From Phycisphaerales bacterium (GTDB lineage: Bacteria > Planctomycetota > Phycisphaerae > UBA1845): a stretch of 64,000 nt of DNA. The notes below the pieces were generated by a model, which saw nothing but the letters and a program-made list of their open reading frames with translations, ran no database searches and was not told where the DNA came from. Made by a program: the position numbers and the translations under genes. Where the stretch lies: positions 17,790-81,789 of the forward strand of contig JACKHG010000017.1 of assembly GCA_020639115.1 (NCBI GenBank), written 5' to 3'. This document shows positions 30,526-41,245 of this stretch, piece after piece; positions within the stretch are counted from its first letter, which is position 1; each line of letters opens with the position of its first letter.

Positions 30526-31134
30526 CTACGTCAGTTCGACGTCCCAGTACGCGTGATCGAGGAACTGGCGCCACGAGTGGTAGCGGGCGTCGGACAGCTT
30601 TATGCTGATGACCGGGCTCCGTGCGGGTTTGCGCGGGATGGAGATCAGCTTCATGTTCGCCTGTTCCGGCGTCCTGCCGCCCTTGCGCACGTTGCACTTG
30701 AGGCAGCAGCACACGAGGTTTTCCCAAGTGGTGTCGCCGCCCTGCGAACGTGGGACCACGTGGTCCAGGCTCAGGTCAGCCGTCGCGAACCGCTTGCCGC
30801 AATACTGGCACAGGCTGCGGTCGCGGGCGTAAATATTCCGCCGGTTGAACTTCACCTGCTGCTTGGGAATACGGTTATAGGTGAGCACGCGGATGATCCG
30901 CGGCACGGCGATGTCGAAGCGCACGGTGCGCACCCAGTCGTGGCCGGCGGGTTCAAACTCGCGCCGGAACCGGCTGAGTTCCGTCCAGTCCGCGAAGTTG
31001 TAGGAGACGTAGCGGCCGTCCTCGACGTGGACGATCTCCGCGACCGGCCGGGCCTCCGCATCCTCCTTGAAGAGAAGCGAAAACGCCCGCCGCGCAGAAA
31101 TCACCCGCAGCGCCATGTAGTGCGCGTTGAGCAT
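30526..31134 (-). CDS. HNH endonuclease
   Basis: The HNH/zinc motif is CQYCGKRF...DHVVPRSQGGDTTWENLVCCCLKCNVRKGGRTP. The start is uncertain: ATG at 31134 or GTG at 31140 is preferred, and the longest ORF runs to 31389. Confidence 0.85.
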   Translation of the reverse strand: MLNAHYMALRVISARRAFSLLFKEDAEARPVAEIVHVEDGRYVSYNFADWTELSRFRREFEPAGHDWVRTVRFDIAVPRIIRVLTYNRIPKQQVKFNRRNIYARDRSLCQYCGKRFATADLSLDHVVPRSQGGDTTWENLVCCCLKCNVRKGGRTPEQANMKLISIPRKPARSPVISIKLSDARYHSWRQFLDHAYWDVELT

Positions 31135-31395
31135 CAGCACACTGGCCTGCAGCCCGCTCTTCGTTGCAACCGACTCGGATGTGTGGCGCTCTGGGAAGAC
31201 CGATTCTCCTGCCGGCCCAGGTGCTTCGCCCGCCCGCGGCGCCCCGAGCCCGTCGCTTGGGAATTCAACCGCCGACCGCCGAAATAGGCGCACCTGAACG
31301 CTCAGATATATCAGTCTAGGCCCCCCACCGCCCGCTTTGCAAGGGCAATCCTGCGCGCGTTTGTTAAATGTTGCCCCAAACCCGCGCAAAAGCGG

Positions 31396-33060
31396 TCACG
31401 ACTGCCCTTTCCCACTCCTTCCGACCGGCGCCGGCGCTCGCCGCCGATAAACGGTCAACTCCGACACACCATCCGGCGCGGTCGCATCATCATCCGGCGC
31501 CCACGACTCGAACACCGGTACGTAGTGCGCGCGGAAGTACCACGCCTGCTCGCGCGTCTCGAACAGGGCGCCATCCGCCCCGTGCCGGTTATCCCGCACG
31601 GACCGCGTCGGCAGCACGACGTACTGCGGCGCTTCCGCCGCCAGCACGGCCTGCATCCGCGCACCGAACGACGCGGTGCACGCCATCCGCTCGACGACGG
31701 CTGGACTGACCGACCCGCGCAGATCGATGATCGGCCGCCGGGCGGTGTACGCCGCGTAGCCGACGCCGTCCACCGCGACGCGGGCATCGGCGTCCGCGTG
31801 CCCGGCCAGCCAGGTCCCCGCCTCGGTCCCCGCCATGCGCCGCGCGTACCGCGCTTCACGCCCCTGGCGGTACATCACCTCGTCGCGGTTCGCGATCGAC
31901 AGCACGAGCCCCAGCACCGTGAGCGCCGCGAGCACGTCCAGCACCCAGTGCGTGAGGCCGAACTCCCGCCAGTACAACTGCCCCACGACCCACAACTCCC
32001 ACAGCCCGAGCATGCCCAGCACGACCGAACTCCACGCAAGCGGGGCAGCCACGCCTTTCGCCCGCAGGTCGACGCCCCAGAGCAGCACGACGCCATAGAC
32101 GGCGATCGCCGCCGGCAGCAGGATCACGCCGTGCAGCCGGCGCGGCCTGCGGGCGATGCCCAGGCAGCCCACGACGAGCAGCACGATCCACGCCCAGACC
32201 TGCCAGCGCAGCGCCGCGTGTCCATACGTGTGCGGCATCCACAGGTGATCCACGAGCCACCCGCCGTACCACCGCAGTACGCCGAGCCACCCCGCCCATC
32301 CGCCCGCGTGCATCTGCGCCGCGCACTCCGCACGCAGCGGCAGCGGGACGGGTGAGCCGAAGTACACCGTCGCAAAGATCAGCCAGGCCCCCAGCAGGAT
32401 TGCGAAAACAGCCAGCGGCCCGAGCGCCCGCCGGCCCGCGCCCCACACGATCGCGGCCACCAGCAGCAGCGCCCACAGCAGGCCCCAGGCCTGTGCCGGC
32501 ACCAGCAGGGCCGCCATCACGGCCGCCACGATCCACCACCCGCGCACGACCGCCACGAGCCCCACCGCCACCAGCGCCAGCCCGAGTGCGATTGCTTCAC
32601 CGCCGACCGTCGCCGCGAGGATCGCGGGGTGCAGCCCGACAACCAGCATGCTCGCAGCCGACCACGCCGGGCCGACGCGCACGCTGCGCAGCAGCCCGTA
32701 GACCGCGCCGCCCGCCACTGCGCCGCATAGAATTCCCAATACGTGCGCCACGAGCGGAACGCGGTCCACGCCGAACACCACGCCGCCCAGCCCCAGCAGC
32801 GCCGCAAACAGCGGCGACGCCGTGCCCAGCACGCGCTCGCCCGCGTTGAAGACGAATCCCTGCCCACGCGCCAGATTCTCCGCGTAGCGGAAATCCACCA
32901 GGCCGTCCGCCGGCGCCAACCGGGCCAGCCACCCGAAGGCCACCAGGCCCGCGAGCAGCACCATCAGCCCCCCGACCGCCCAGGCCCATCCGTTCGCGGT
33001 TCCGGCAGCCTCGGCCTCCTCCCGCGCCATCGACTCCTTCACGATCGCTGGTTCCATCAT
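31396..33060 (-). CDS. Polytopic membrane protein, possibly a GT-C-type glycosyltransferase
   Basis: The start at MMEPAIV has GGGGAG upstream. There are more than 10 hydrophobic helices. The N-terminal loop FRYAENLARGQGFVFNAGERVLGTASPLF is reminiscent of membrane glycosyltransferases. The functional call is weak. Confidence 0.55.
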   Translation of the reverse strand: MMEPAIVKESMAREEAEAAGTANGWAWAVGGLMVLLAGLVAFGWLARLAPADGLVDFRYAENLARGQGFVFNAGERVLGTASPLFAALLGLGGVVFGVDRVPLVAHVLGILCGAVAGGAVYGLLRSVRVGPAWSAASMLVVGLHPAILAATVGGEAIALGLALVAVGLVAVVRGWWIVAAVMAALLVPAQAWGLLWALLLVAAIVWGAGRRALGPLAVFAILLGAWLIFATVYFGSPVPLPLRAECAAQMHAGGWAGWLGVLRWYGGWLVDHLWMPHTYGHAALRWQVWAWIVLLVVGCLGIARRPRRLHGVILLPAAIAVYGVVLLWGVDLRAKGVAAPLAWSSVVLGMLGLWELWVVGQLYWREFGLTHWVLDVLAALTVLGLVLSIANRDEVMYRQGREARYARRMAGTEAGTWLAGHADADARVAVDGVGYAAYTARRPIIDLRGSVSPAVVERMACTASFGARMQAVLAAEAPQYVVLPTRSVRDNRHGADGALFETREQAWYFRAHYVPVFESWAPDDDATAPDGVSELTVYRRRAPAPVGRSGKGQS

Positions 33061-33339
33061 CCGGCCTGCTCCCCTGCTGCTTTCAAGTCTGTCATCGCCG
33101 GGCCCCGCGCTTGCGAACCCCCTCCGAGCCGCCCGTGCCCCGCATGGGCCGTGCCCGGGCGGATCATACGCCGCCGCACCGCCTGGGGCGAAGCCGATCC
33201 CTTGCCCCCCGCCGCCCGGACGCGCAGAATCGCCGATGGAACCGCGGCGGAGTGGCTGCGTCGAAGATGAGGCAGCCACTCAGCCGCATGTGCTGCAAGC
33301 TGACGATAGAAGTTTCAAAGCGACCCAGGAGTTTCACCC

Positions 33340-34554
33340 ATGTCCAAAGCCGCCCCATTGCTGGCGGGATTGCTCGCCGCCGCCGCCGTGGCCAGCGCCG
33401 ACGTGCCCGGTGCGCCCTCACTCGATGCGCTGCACCTCGCCCAGTCCAACCGCGCGTTCGCCCTCGCGCTCTACGACGTGCTGGGCGACGAAGGCAACAT
33501 CTTCTATTCGCCCTACAGCATCTCGACGGCGCTGGCGATGACCTACGCCGGCGCGCGCAACCAGACTGCCGAGGAAATGGCCCGGGCGCTGCACTTCGAT
33601 CTGCCGCCGCAGCGGCTGCACAAGGCGTTTGCGGAACTGATGCAGCGCGACCAGACCGTCTCCGGCGAGAAGGGCATCGAACTGGCGATTGCCAACGCGC
33701 TGTGGGGCGAGAAATCCATTACCTTTCGCGAGGACTTCCTCGACCTAACGCGGCAGTACTACGGCGCGGGCCTGCGCCAGGTCGACTTCGCGCACGATAC
33801 GGAGGCCGCCCGCCGCACGATCAACGCCTGGGTCGCCGACCACACCGAAGACAAGATCGATGAGCTGCTGAAGCCGGCGGACGTGGACGCCGGCACGGCG
33901 CTGGTGCTGACCAATGCCGTTTACTTCAAGGGTCTCTGGCTCGAGCAGTTCGACGCGGAGATGACCGACGACATGCCCTTCCACCTGGCGGGAGGCAAGA
34001 CGATCGACGTCGAGACGATGACGCAGAGCGCTAAACTCCGCATGTACAACGCCGAGAACGTCCGCGTGCTCTGCCTGCCCTACCAGGGTGAGAAGATGTC
34101 GCTCGTGGTGATTTTGCCCAACGAGGTCGACGGCCTGGCGAAGCTGATGCAGTCGCTCAGTCCGAGCGCAGTCGAGGGCTGGATCACGCAGGCGCAGCGC
34201 CAGCAGGTCACGGTGTTCCTGCCGAAGTTCAAGCTCGAGAGCCGGATCGACCTCAACGCCGGCCTGGGCAAGCTGGGCATGAACGCCGCGTTCTCCGGCG
34301 CCGCTGACTTCTCGGGCATGGCCAAGGACCAGAAGCTCGCCATTTCCCGCGTGATTCACGAGGCCTGCGTCGAGGTCAGCGAAGAGGGCACGGAGGCAGC
34401 CGCCGCCACCGGCGTGGTCATGATGCGCACCGCCATCTCCCCGACGTTCCGTGCGGACCACCCGTTCCTGTTCCTCATCCGCAACGACCTCACCGGAAGC
34501 TGGCTGTTCCTCGGCCGCCTAAGTGCGCCCGAGCCATCTACTGGCGGCGAATGA
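33340..34554 (+). CDS. Secreted serpin (serine protease inhibitor)
   Basis: A signal peptide is present and the serpin blocks follow: NIFYSPYSISTALAMTYAGARNQTAEEM, the hinge/RCL EEGTEAAAATGVVMMRTAISP, then FRADHPFLFLIRN. Confidence 0.9.
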   Translation: MSKAAPLLAGLLAAAAVASADVPGAPSLDALHLAQSNRAFALALYDVLGDEGNIFYSPYSISTALAMTYAGARNQTAEEMARALHFDLPPQRLHKAFAELMQRDQTVSGEKGIELAIANALWGEKSITFREDFLDLTRQYYGAGLRQVDFAHDTEAARRTINAWVADHTEDKIDELLKPADVDAGTALVLTNAVYFKGLWLEQFDAEMTDDMPFHLAGGKTIDVETMTQSAKLRMYNAENVRVLCLPYQGEKMSLVVILPNEVDGLAKLMQSLSPSAVEGWITQAQRQQVTVFLPKFKLESRIDLNAGLGKLGMNAAFSGAADFSGMAKDQKLAISRVIHEACVEVSEEGTEAAAATGVVMMRTAISPTFRADHPFLFLIRNDLTGSWLFLGRLSAPEPSTGGE

Positions 34555-34617
34555 AACCTGAATGTAGTGTGGCAATCGCGCGTCCGTGATGCGGGGCGTG
34601 TGCCAGTTTCCGCTTCC

Positions 34618-35031
34618 TTACGGGCGCGGCTCTGTTGGGTCATCCGGCCAGAGGTTCTCGGGCATGAGGATGGGCCGGCCGCTGGTGTCGACGCAGGCCA
34701 GCGTGGAACTCGCCTCGGTGCACACGACGCCGTTGACCAGCATGCGGTAGCTGTGGTCCACGCGGGTGCGGGTGATCCGCTCCACGCGCGTGTGGATGAT
34801 GACCACGTCGTCGTAGCGGATCGGCGCCTTGTAGCGGATTTCCAGCTTGGCCACGACGAAGAACACGCCGCGGGCCTCGAGTTCCCGGTAGCTCACCCCC
34901 GAAGCGCGCAACAGCTCGGTGCGCGAGAGCTCCAGGTACTCGAAGTACTTCGCATGGTGCAGCAGCCCCATGGGGTCGCACTCGGCGTACCGCACGCGCA
35001 CCTGGACTTCAGACTGATCGAGAGGATTCAT
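34618..35031 (-). CDS. Acyl-CoA thioesterase, 4HBT/YbgC family
   Basis: VRVRYAECDPMGLLHHAKYFEYLELSRTELLRASG...FFVVAKLEIRYKAPIRYDD is a typical hotdog-fold YbgC-like pattern. Confidence 0.85.
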   Translation of the reverse strand: MNPLDQSEVQVRVRYAECDPMGLLHHAKYFEYLELSRTELLRASGVSYRELEARGVFFVVAKLEIRYKAPIRYDDVVIIHTRVERITRTRVDHSYRMLVNGVVCTEASSTLACVDTSGRPILMPENLWPDDPTEPRP

Positions 35032-35046
35032 TGCGTTTTACTGGGT

Positions 35047-35204
35047 GAATTGAACCACGAAGACACCAAGACACGAAGAACGGCGATTTTTCTTGAAAGA
35101 ACTACGGTAGCCGCCGCTACTCGAAAACGGTGGTAGCAACATCATCGCCCACAAATCCCAATTTCAATTCTTCTTGGTGTCTTCGTGTCTTCGTGGTTCA
35201 ATTC
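35047..35204. repeat. Imperfect 34-bp inverted repeat pair flanking a ~90-nt AT-richer spacer (MITE/REP-like element or large hairpin)
   Basis: The left arm is 35047-35080, gaattgaaccacgaagacaccaagacacgaagaa. The right arm is 35171-35204, ttcttggtgtcttcgtgtcttcgtggttcaattc. The arms are complementary except for two positions. The element sits between the smc stop (35207) and the thioesterase start (35031). Confidence 0.85.
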
Positions 35205-35206
35205 CA

Positions 35207-36823
35207 TCACGCCACCGCCGAGGGCCGCGCGATCTGCTCGGCCTGCTCGAACTTGACGCTCACCCGCGTACTCACGCCCGGTTCCTGCATGGTCACGCCG
35301 TACATCTGGTCGGCGATGCTCATCGTCCGCTTGCTGTGCGTGATGACGATGAACTGCGACTTGTCGAGGAACTCCTGGATGATGCCGCTGAAGCGCTCGT
35401 TGTTGGCCTCGTCGAGCGCGGCGTCCACCTCGTCCAGGATGGCGAAGGGGCTGGGCCGGCTGCGGAAGATGCTCATGAGCAGCGCGATCGCGGTCATGCT
35501 CTTCTCGCCGCCGCTCATCAGGGTGATGCTCTGCAGCTCCTTGCCCGGCGGGCGGGCCATGATCTCGATGCCCGACTCCAGCGGGTCCTCCGGGTTTTCC
35601 AGGAGGATGTCCGCCTTGCCGCCGCCGAACAGCTTGCGGAACAGCTCGCGGAAGTTCTCGCGGATCGCCTCGAAAGCCTCCGCGAAGCGCTTCTGGCACT
35701 CCTCGTTGAGCTGGGCGATGAGCGTGTCGAGCTGCTTGCGCGATTCCTCCAGGTCGTCGCGCTGCGTGGTGAGGAACGACTCGCGCTCCTCCAGCTCGGT
35801 CAGCTCGCCGATCGCGTCGAGGTTGATGTTGCCGAGGCGCTGGATCTTCTGCTTGAGCTCGGCGATCTCGTTCTCGACCGCCTCCCAGTCCTGGTCGGCG
35901 TGCTCGTACTTCTCGTAGAGTTCGGCCAGTTCCAGCGCCAGCTCGTCGCGCACGCGCGTCACCAGTTCGTCGCGATGGATCCGGGCCTCCTGCAACGCCA
36001 TCTGCCGCTCGTGCAGGCGCTGCTCAGCCGCTTCCAGCTCACCGCGCCGCTGGCGCACTTCGTCGGCCAGCGCCGTCGCCCGCTCGCGTACGCTCTCGCG
36101 TGACTGGCGCAGCTCTGCGGATTGTACTTCTGCCCGCTCGACCTCGCCCGCCAGCTCTGCGAGCCGCTGCGTCGACGCCTCGATCACCTCGGCTGACTCC
36201 GCGATCCGGGCCTTGCAGTCTGCGGTCTCGTGGGCCGCCGCCTCCACGCCCTCCTCGGCGGCGCGGATGCTCCGCCGCAGGGCGTTGATCGTCTCTGCCG
36301 CGGCTGATCGCTTCTCGAGCAGCTTGCCCGCCGCCACCTTCGCCTGCGTCAGCTCCTCGGCGACCGCGTCGCGTTGGGTGACCAGTTCCTCGATCTTCTG
36401 CTGCAGCCGCTCGACGTGGGCCTCGCGATCCTTGCTCGCCTGCTGCAGTTGCTCGAGCGAATCCTGGTTCTGGGACGACCGCGTAGCCGCTTCGGCGAGT
36501 TCCTGTTCGATGGCGGCAACCTCGTTGGCGACGAGGGGCTGCTCGTGTGTGAGCCGGCGAATCGCCTCGGCCACGTTTTCGAGGGCGGCCTTGGTCTCGA
36601 CGCGTGCGGTGTGCAGTTCGTAGATGCTGGTGCGCAGTTCCTGCTGAACCTGCTCCAGGTGGAGGTTCTGCGCGGAGCTGCGGTTGAGCGCGTCGGCGAG
36701 ATCGGCGATGTTCGCCTCGATCTCGGCGAGTTGATCGTCGATCGCACGCAGCTCGGTGCGCCGCGAGATGAGGGCGGCTGTACTGCGGCGCCTGATGCGC
36801 ACCCGGTTGTCTGGCTCGACCAC
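35207..36823 (-). CDS. smc: Chromosome segregation protein SMC, intact C-terminal half (coiled coil plus ATPase tail)
   Basis: It has long coiled-coil sequence, the signature LSGGEKSMTAIALLMSIF, and the Walker B/D-loop FAILDEVDAALDEAN. The ORF begins right after the hinge motif, which is out of frame upstream. Confidence 0.9.
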   Translation of the reverse strand: MVEPDNRVRIRRRSTAALISRRTELRAIDDQLAEIEANIADLADALNRSSAQNLHLEQVQQELRTSIYELHTARVETKAALENVAEAIRRLTHEQPLVANEVAAIEQELAEAATRSSQNQDSLEQLQQASKDREAHVERLQQKIEELVTQRDAVAEELTQAKVAAGKLLEKRSAAAETINALRRSIRAAEEGVEAAAHETADCKARIAESAEVIEASTQRLAELAGEVERAEVQSAELRQSRESVRERATALADEVRQRRGELEAAEQRLHERQMALQEARIHRDELVTRVRDELALELAELYEKYEHADQDWEAVENEIAELKQKIQRLGNINLDAIGELTELEERESFLTTQRDDLEESRKQLDTLIAQLNEECQKRFAEAFEAIRENFRELFRKLFGGGKADILLENPEDPLESGIEIMARPPGKELQSITLMSGGEKSMTAIALLMSIFRSRPSPFAILDEVDAALDEANNERFSGIIQEFLDKSQFIVITHSKRTMSIADQMYGVTMQEPGVSTRVSVKFEQAEQIARPSAVA

Positions 36824-38610
36824 ACTCGCCCTCGAGGGTGACGAGCGATGGCTGCCGCCGTCTCGGCGGCGTCGACTGCAAGCCAGCCAGAGTGTTATTG
36901 CGCTGGTCTGACACGATCGTACGGGCTAAGGATGGCGTCGGCGAGCGGCTTCGAGGTCCGCGCGAAGCGTACAAACGTCTCGCCTCTGGCGACGAAGCTG
37001 AGCTGATTTGCTGAAATTCGCAGGCTAACTGCGTAAGTTGTCGAGCCTGATAATCGGTCCGCTCGGGCAGATCGCAGGCAGGTGCGGTCGGATCCTGGGG
37101 AGGAACGCCTGGCTGTCGCGTACCTTCCATGTGCTGATCGTGTTCACCGACCCAAGCTTTCTGACGATAGCCGCCCGGGGATGCCGATGCCTGGAAGGCG
37201 TCCGCGACCAGCCTGACCACGGTGGCCAGCGCCGGCTCGTCGCTCGGAGGAGCTTGCGGTCGAGGATGCGGCGGATGCCGGCACCGACGCCCGCATCCGC
37301 TTCTATATTCTGAGCACTGGCGCAGGGCTGGTGAGGCCGCAAGGTGGGTCTCTTCGATCAAATCGCGAGCTTCGGAGAGCTCGGCCTGCCTTCGGCGTCG
37401 ACGCGGCGGGCGTCGGCCTTCTTCTGCTTGGCGGTCTCCTGCCTGATGAGTTGGCCGGACCTCAGCCAGTTTACTGAGCCTCCGCGGCGGCTGAGGAGGC
37501 CCGCAGTTTGCGGATGGCGGCGTGCCGCGTTCCGACAGGGTGGTCTTCTGGTCGGTCAGCGTCTCACAGTCCGGCTAGGGCTGGAATTTATGAGCTGGTC
37601 GTGCGGCGGATCATCGCCGGGCCCGCCAGTCCAGCACCGCCTGGTTTTGCGGACCGGCCTGTCGATTTCCCTGCTCGCGGGCCGAATGTTGGGCTGATGC
37701 TGTTGTCATGTTGTCGCTGCTCGCGGCGTGGAAGACGTCCTGCTCCGATGCGTTTAGGCGGCGGAGGACCGCTCGTTAGTGGAGACTCGGTCGGCGCCCG
37801 ACGAGGCACGCAGGCGGCGATCTGCTCGGTCAGGGGCCTCGAGTTCGCACAGCGCGCCGCGACGCTGTCCGGCTTCAGCCGCCTGATGGCCGCCCGAGTT
37901 CCCGCGCCGGCGGTAGGCCAGTCCACTGCCCTGATGCTGGCCAGGGCCTGGTGAACTGGTGTACTCGCCATGGCGAAGTTGGTCTGGATTTCCCGCAGGC
38001 GGGTTATGCCGTATTCCTGAAGTTGCGGCGCGGCCCAGAAAGAGCTTGACGCTGGTGAGTCGCTTCGAGTTCCTCGGATGACGTCGGCCACGCTGGAAGT
38101 AACCGGCAGTGATCCAGCTTGCGTTCGGCCTCTTTCGCCCGGAATTGCTGATGCCTGCAGCCCTTCGAAGATGATCCGCCGCCCGGACGCTGACGCGTGG
38201 AGCATCAGGTCCACCTTGTTCTCTGATCACCGCGTAGGCGAACACGCCGGTGTCCATGAAGACTTCGCGGATGCCGCAGGCGGGTATTCCATTGCAGACG
38301 AGGGTAATCAGCTCGCCGCTGCAAGAGCTTTTGCGGCGATGGTCACCCTGTCGCGGTCGACAGCAGGGCGCGGGTCCCGTTGCCGGTAAGACGAGGTCGA
38401 CCCGCCATGTTGAGCAGGCTCGAGAGCCGTTGAAGATCATGTCGAGCATCTGGCGGCTGCGGGAGTGGGCGGATCATCAGATGAAGGCGGTTGACGACGT
38501 TGTTTTGCTGCACCCGTTAGCTAACGACGGTGGACGCCCGGGGAGAAGTCGAACTCCACCTTCTCGGCGAAGCTCTTGAAGCCGGACATGGTGACGCGTT
38601 TAAGGATCAC
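36824..38610 (-). pseudogene. smc: smc 5' half (head, first coiled coil, hinge) broken by many frameshifts and stops
   Basis: The GTG-start N-terminus ILKRVTMSGFKSFAEKVEFDFSPGV at 38610 runs into TAG. Recognisable SMC blocks are scattered over all three frames: NGCSK, MLDMIFNGS, GELITLVCNGIPACGIREVFMDTGV, KVDLMLHASASGRRIIFE, AAGIS and LVTLEGE. Confidence 0.75.
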
Positions 38611-38974
38611 GGGCGGCCAACCTCCTGTCGCGCAAGTAGACTGCCAATCCCTGGCAAGTTCAAGCCCGCGTATGTGGCGTGACTGCGGTGTTTGCAGCAT
38701 CTTGTTGGTTTATGCGGCGGCGCTTGCGGTGAAAGGCATTGCCGCAGGTTCATCCTGCGGACCGAAACCCCGCCATGAACGTAACCAGGATCGAGCCCGT
38801 TTGCAACGCTGATTTGGCCGAAATCGGCGTTTTCGCCGCGGTCAGGCTGAACTTTACCGCCCACCCGTGCCGACGATAGAATCAGCAGCGCGCGGGCGAG
38901 GCTGTGATTTTTTTCACCGACAGCCGATGAACCGGCGTAGAACTGACGCGTAAACGGCATAGCGGAAGAACCCC

Positions 38975-39250
38975 ATGCGACGTTTCTCAATTCAGCTCTG
39001 GCTCGCCGCACTGATCATCGCGCCCGCGCTCGGTGGGTGCGGTGTCTTCTCCGCGCGCAACCCGGACTTCCGCAACGCCGAGACGGGCGAGGACGGACAG
39101 ATCTACGTTCTCGACGATCTCGAGGCGATCGCCAACGACACCACGCTCACCGACGACGAGAAGCTGCCAGGCCTTCCGCGACCCGGCATCGAGGACGAGC
39201 ACCCGATCGACGCGCTGCTCACGCTTTTGCTGGCAGCGCCGCAAGGTTAG
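38975..39250 (+). CDS. Possible small lipoprotein (91 aa) inside the degraded tract
   Basis: MRRFSIQLWLAALIIAPALGGC has a lipobox, followed by an acidic sequence. It lies in a region where other genes are frameshifted, so its integrity is doubtful. Confidence 0.3.
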   Translation: MRRFSIQLWLAALIIAPALGGCGVFSARNPDFRNAETGEDGQIYVLDDLEAIANDTTLTDDEKLPGLPRPGIEDEHPIDALLTLLLAAPQG

Positions 39251-41245
39251 GATCGCACCGACCTGCCCGTCGATTCGTCTGGCTCAACCACACTGCCAAC
39301 GGCTCCGTTCAGGGCGAGCGTGACTCCGGTGTATAATGAAGCACGGCCCAGAGGACGGGGCTGTTCTGTGCCCGCCACTCAGTTGTGCGGAATGCACTGC
39401 TGGTGCCGAGGCGTGGCGTCGTTTCGCTCGCCTTGCTGCTCGTAATGCCTCGGCCTCCACGCCAGTATCTCCTGTACATGTGCTGGATGAGTGCCCGACG
39501 ACCAATCGCCGCCGCTGGTTCCCTGACACCCGCCAGAGGTCGGCGTCAACATCGACCCCATTGGGGTGAGACTGATCACAGGTTTGTATATCGCCCTCAT
39601 AGAGCAAAGGTAAAGGCACCGTGTTAATTGACTACCTGAACTCGTCGGTGTCTCGGCTGAACATCTATCGCCCAGATCGTGACGGCTTCGGCCGCTCCAC
39701 GACTGCGATGTGTGTAAGTTCGCCAGGTTAAGTCTGATAGTTTCCCCCCGCGCCGCCGCAAGCGACCTGCAACTGTTCTCTTCTGGCACGAATGAATGAA
39801 GCTGACTGGCGACCCTTCGGTCTCGATGGACGATCATGTTCGCCGATTCCCAGAGGATCCCATCGTGCTGGAACGCCGACGGCAACCTGCTCGTTCGGGA
39901 CCGACGGTATGCAACGACATCACCGGTTATATTCATTACGGTGACTGCCGCGGTCTAATCACCACTGAACCCACACTGGCGGCGAGTCGGATGAACCCCC
40001 TGCTCGTGGTCGGCACCGGTGAGCCGACGTCCGCTCTGGTTGCTTCCGCCTCAGCGTCGCCTTTGGTCTGCCGGCAACACTGAGCGACATGAGGGCTGCA
40101 GCCATCGGCCCGCCACCGGGCACTCGGCACGCACACCCGTGAAGCGATGTCGGTGGCGATGATGCGATCACCGTTACACCTGACTTCCGAGTTCAGCATC
40201 AAGCCACAGCAGTCCGGGTAATCGGCGTTACATTCCATGGGCGAACGCTGGTATACTGTTTGCCGGCCCATCCTTCACCTGACGATGGCAGCGGTATAAT
40301 TGAATCAGGCCGTCGAGGGACGGCTGCACACCATCCAAAGCTGCATGAATCGTGGCACGTATCACATCTTCAGACTGAGGACGTTATGCCCCTTGCTCCC
40401 GCGCTCGCCGTGCTGCTGTTTCCCGCCTGCGGACGCCTCCCTGTTGTTATGCTGGATGGATGCCCGACAGCCAGACGATCACCATGAACCCTGAGAGACT
40501 GCCGACATTTGGCATCTTAGGACCTCAACGCCGGCGATGCTGTTCTGGGCGGCATGTCTTTCGATTTCAGCATCCGAACGCGCGCTGGATATGATGCGGC
40601 ATGCCGTACCGCAGCATCCACGGATTCTGACCATCGTGACGCTGGGGCCCCTGGATGGCCGGACGCTTCACGCCTATGCCCGACATCCTCCCGCTGCCGG
40701 ATCCACCCGATATCCTGACGTTTCTGCTGGCGACCGCCACCGTGCTGGTCGGGATCCCACTGGGCCCGACGCGAAGATCATAACCAGCCGGCTTCCGGAT
40801 CACCCGCAGTGCAACGGCGATGGTCGATGTTTGTAAGCCCGATCTTCGCTACGCCAACACCTACGCGACATGGCTTCATGGCGACTACGGCAACGCCGGG
40901 TGGTGTGAAAATGCGGCCCGGTGCAGTGGTGGGATGAGCGAGAACCCATTGCTTATCGAGAAATTCCCCGAGCCCACATCAGTGGTGCCACGGGCACGTT
41001 GGCCACCGCACTGCCGGGCGCGTCGGCTCGCTAGCGGCATCGGCTATTGTGTCCTGACGCCGTTCGCCAGTTACGCCGACCGCGTGGTGACGTGCGGGAC
41101 GGCGGTATCAAAAAGCGGCAGGATTTCACAGCCCGCGGCTCAGCGGTTTCGCATGATCGTCGGCCTTACCGTATGATCTCGCAGGATAGGTAGTCTGGGT
41201 TCGTGCGGCTTGCGGCCTCCATGCCCCAATCGGCAAGGATGACCG

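Noticed and set aside
30526-31389. The HNH endonuclease as a possible marker of a mobile element, prophage or restriction system.
   Set aside because: No integrase, transposase, terminase, methyltransferase or flanking repeats are nearby. The composition matches the surrounding chromosome, so I treat it as a stand-alone housekeeping-type HNH protein.
36039-37361. 440-aa ORF on the minus strand overlapping smc.
   Set aside because: It is an out-of-frame read-through of smc. It contains the hinge piece LVTLEGE but is otherwise Arg/Pro-rich nonsense. It is explained by the frameshift at about 36826.
38607-39011. 134-aa minus-strand ORF with faint resemblance to dUTPase-like segments (..PFTRQFYAGSSAVG.., ..RGENADFGQISV..).
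   Set aside because: The similarity is too weak and discontinuous to support by eye. It lies in the degraded tract where all frames are unreliable.
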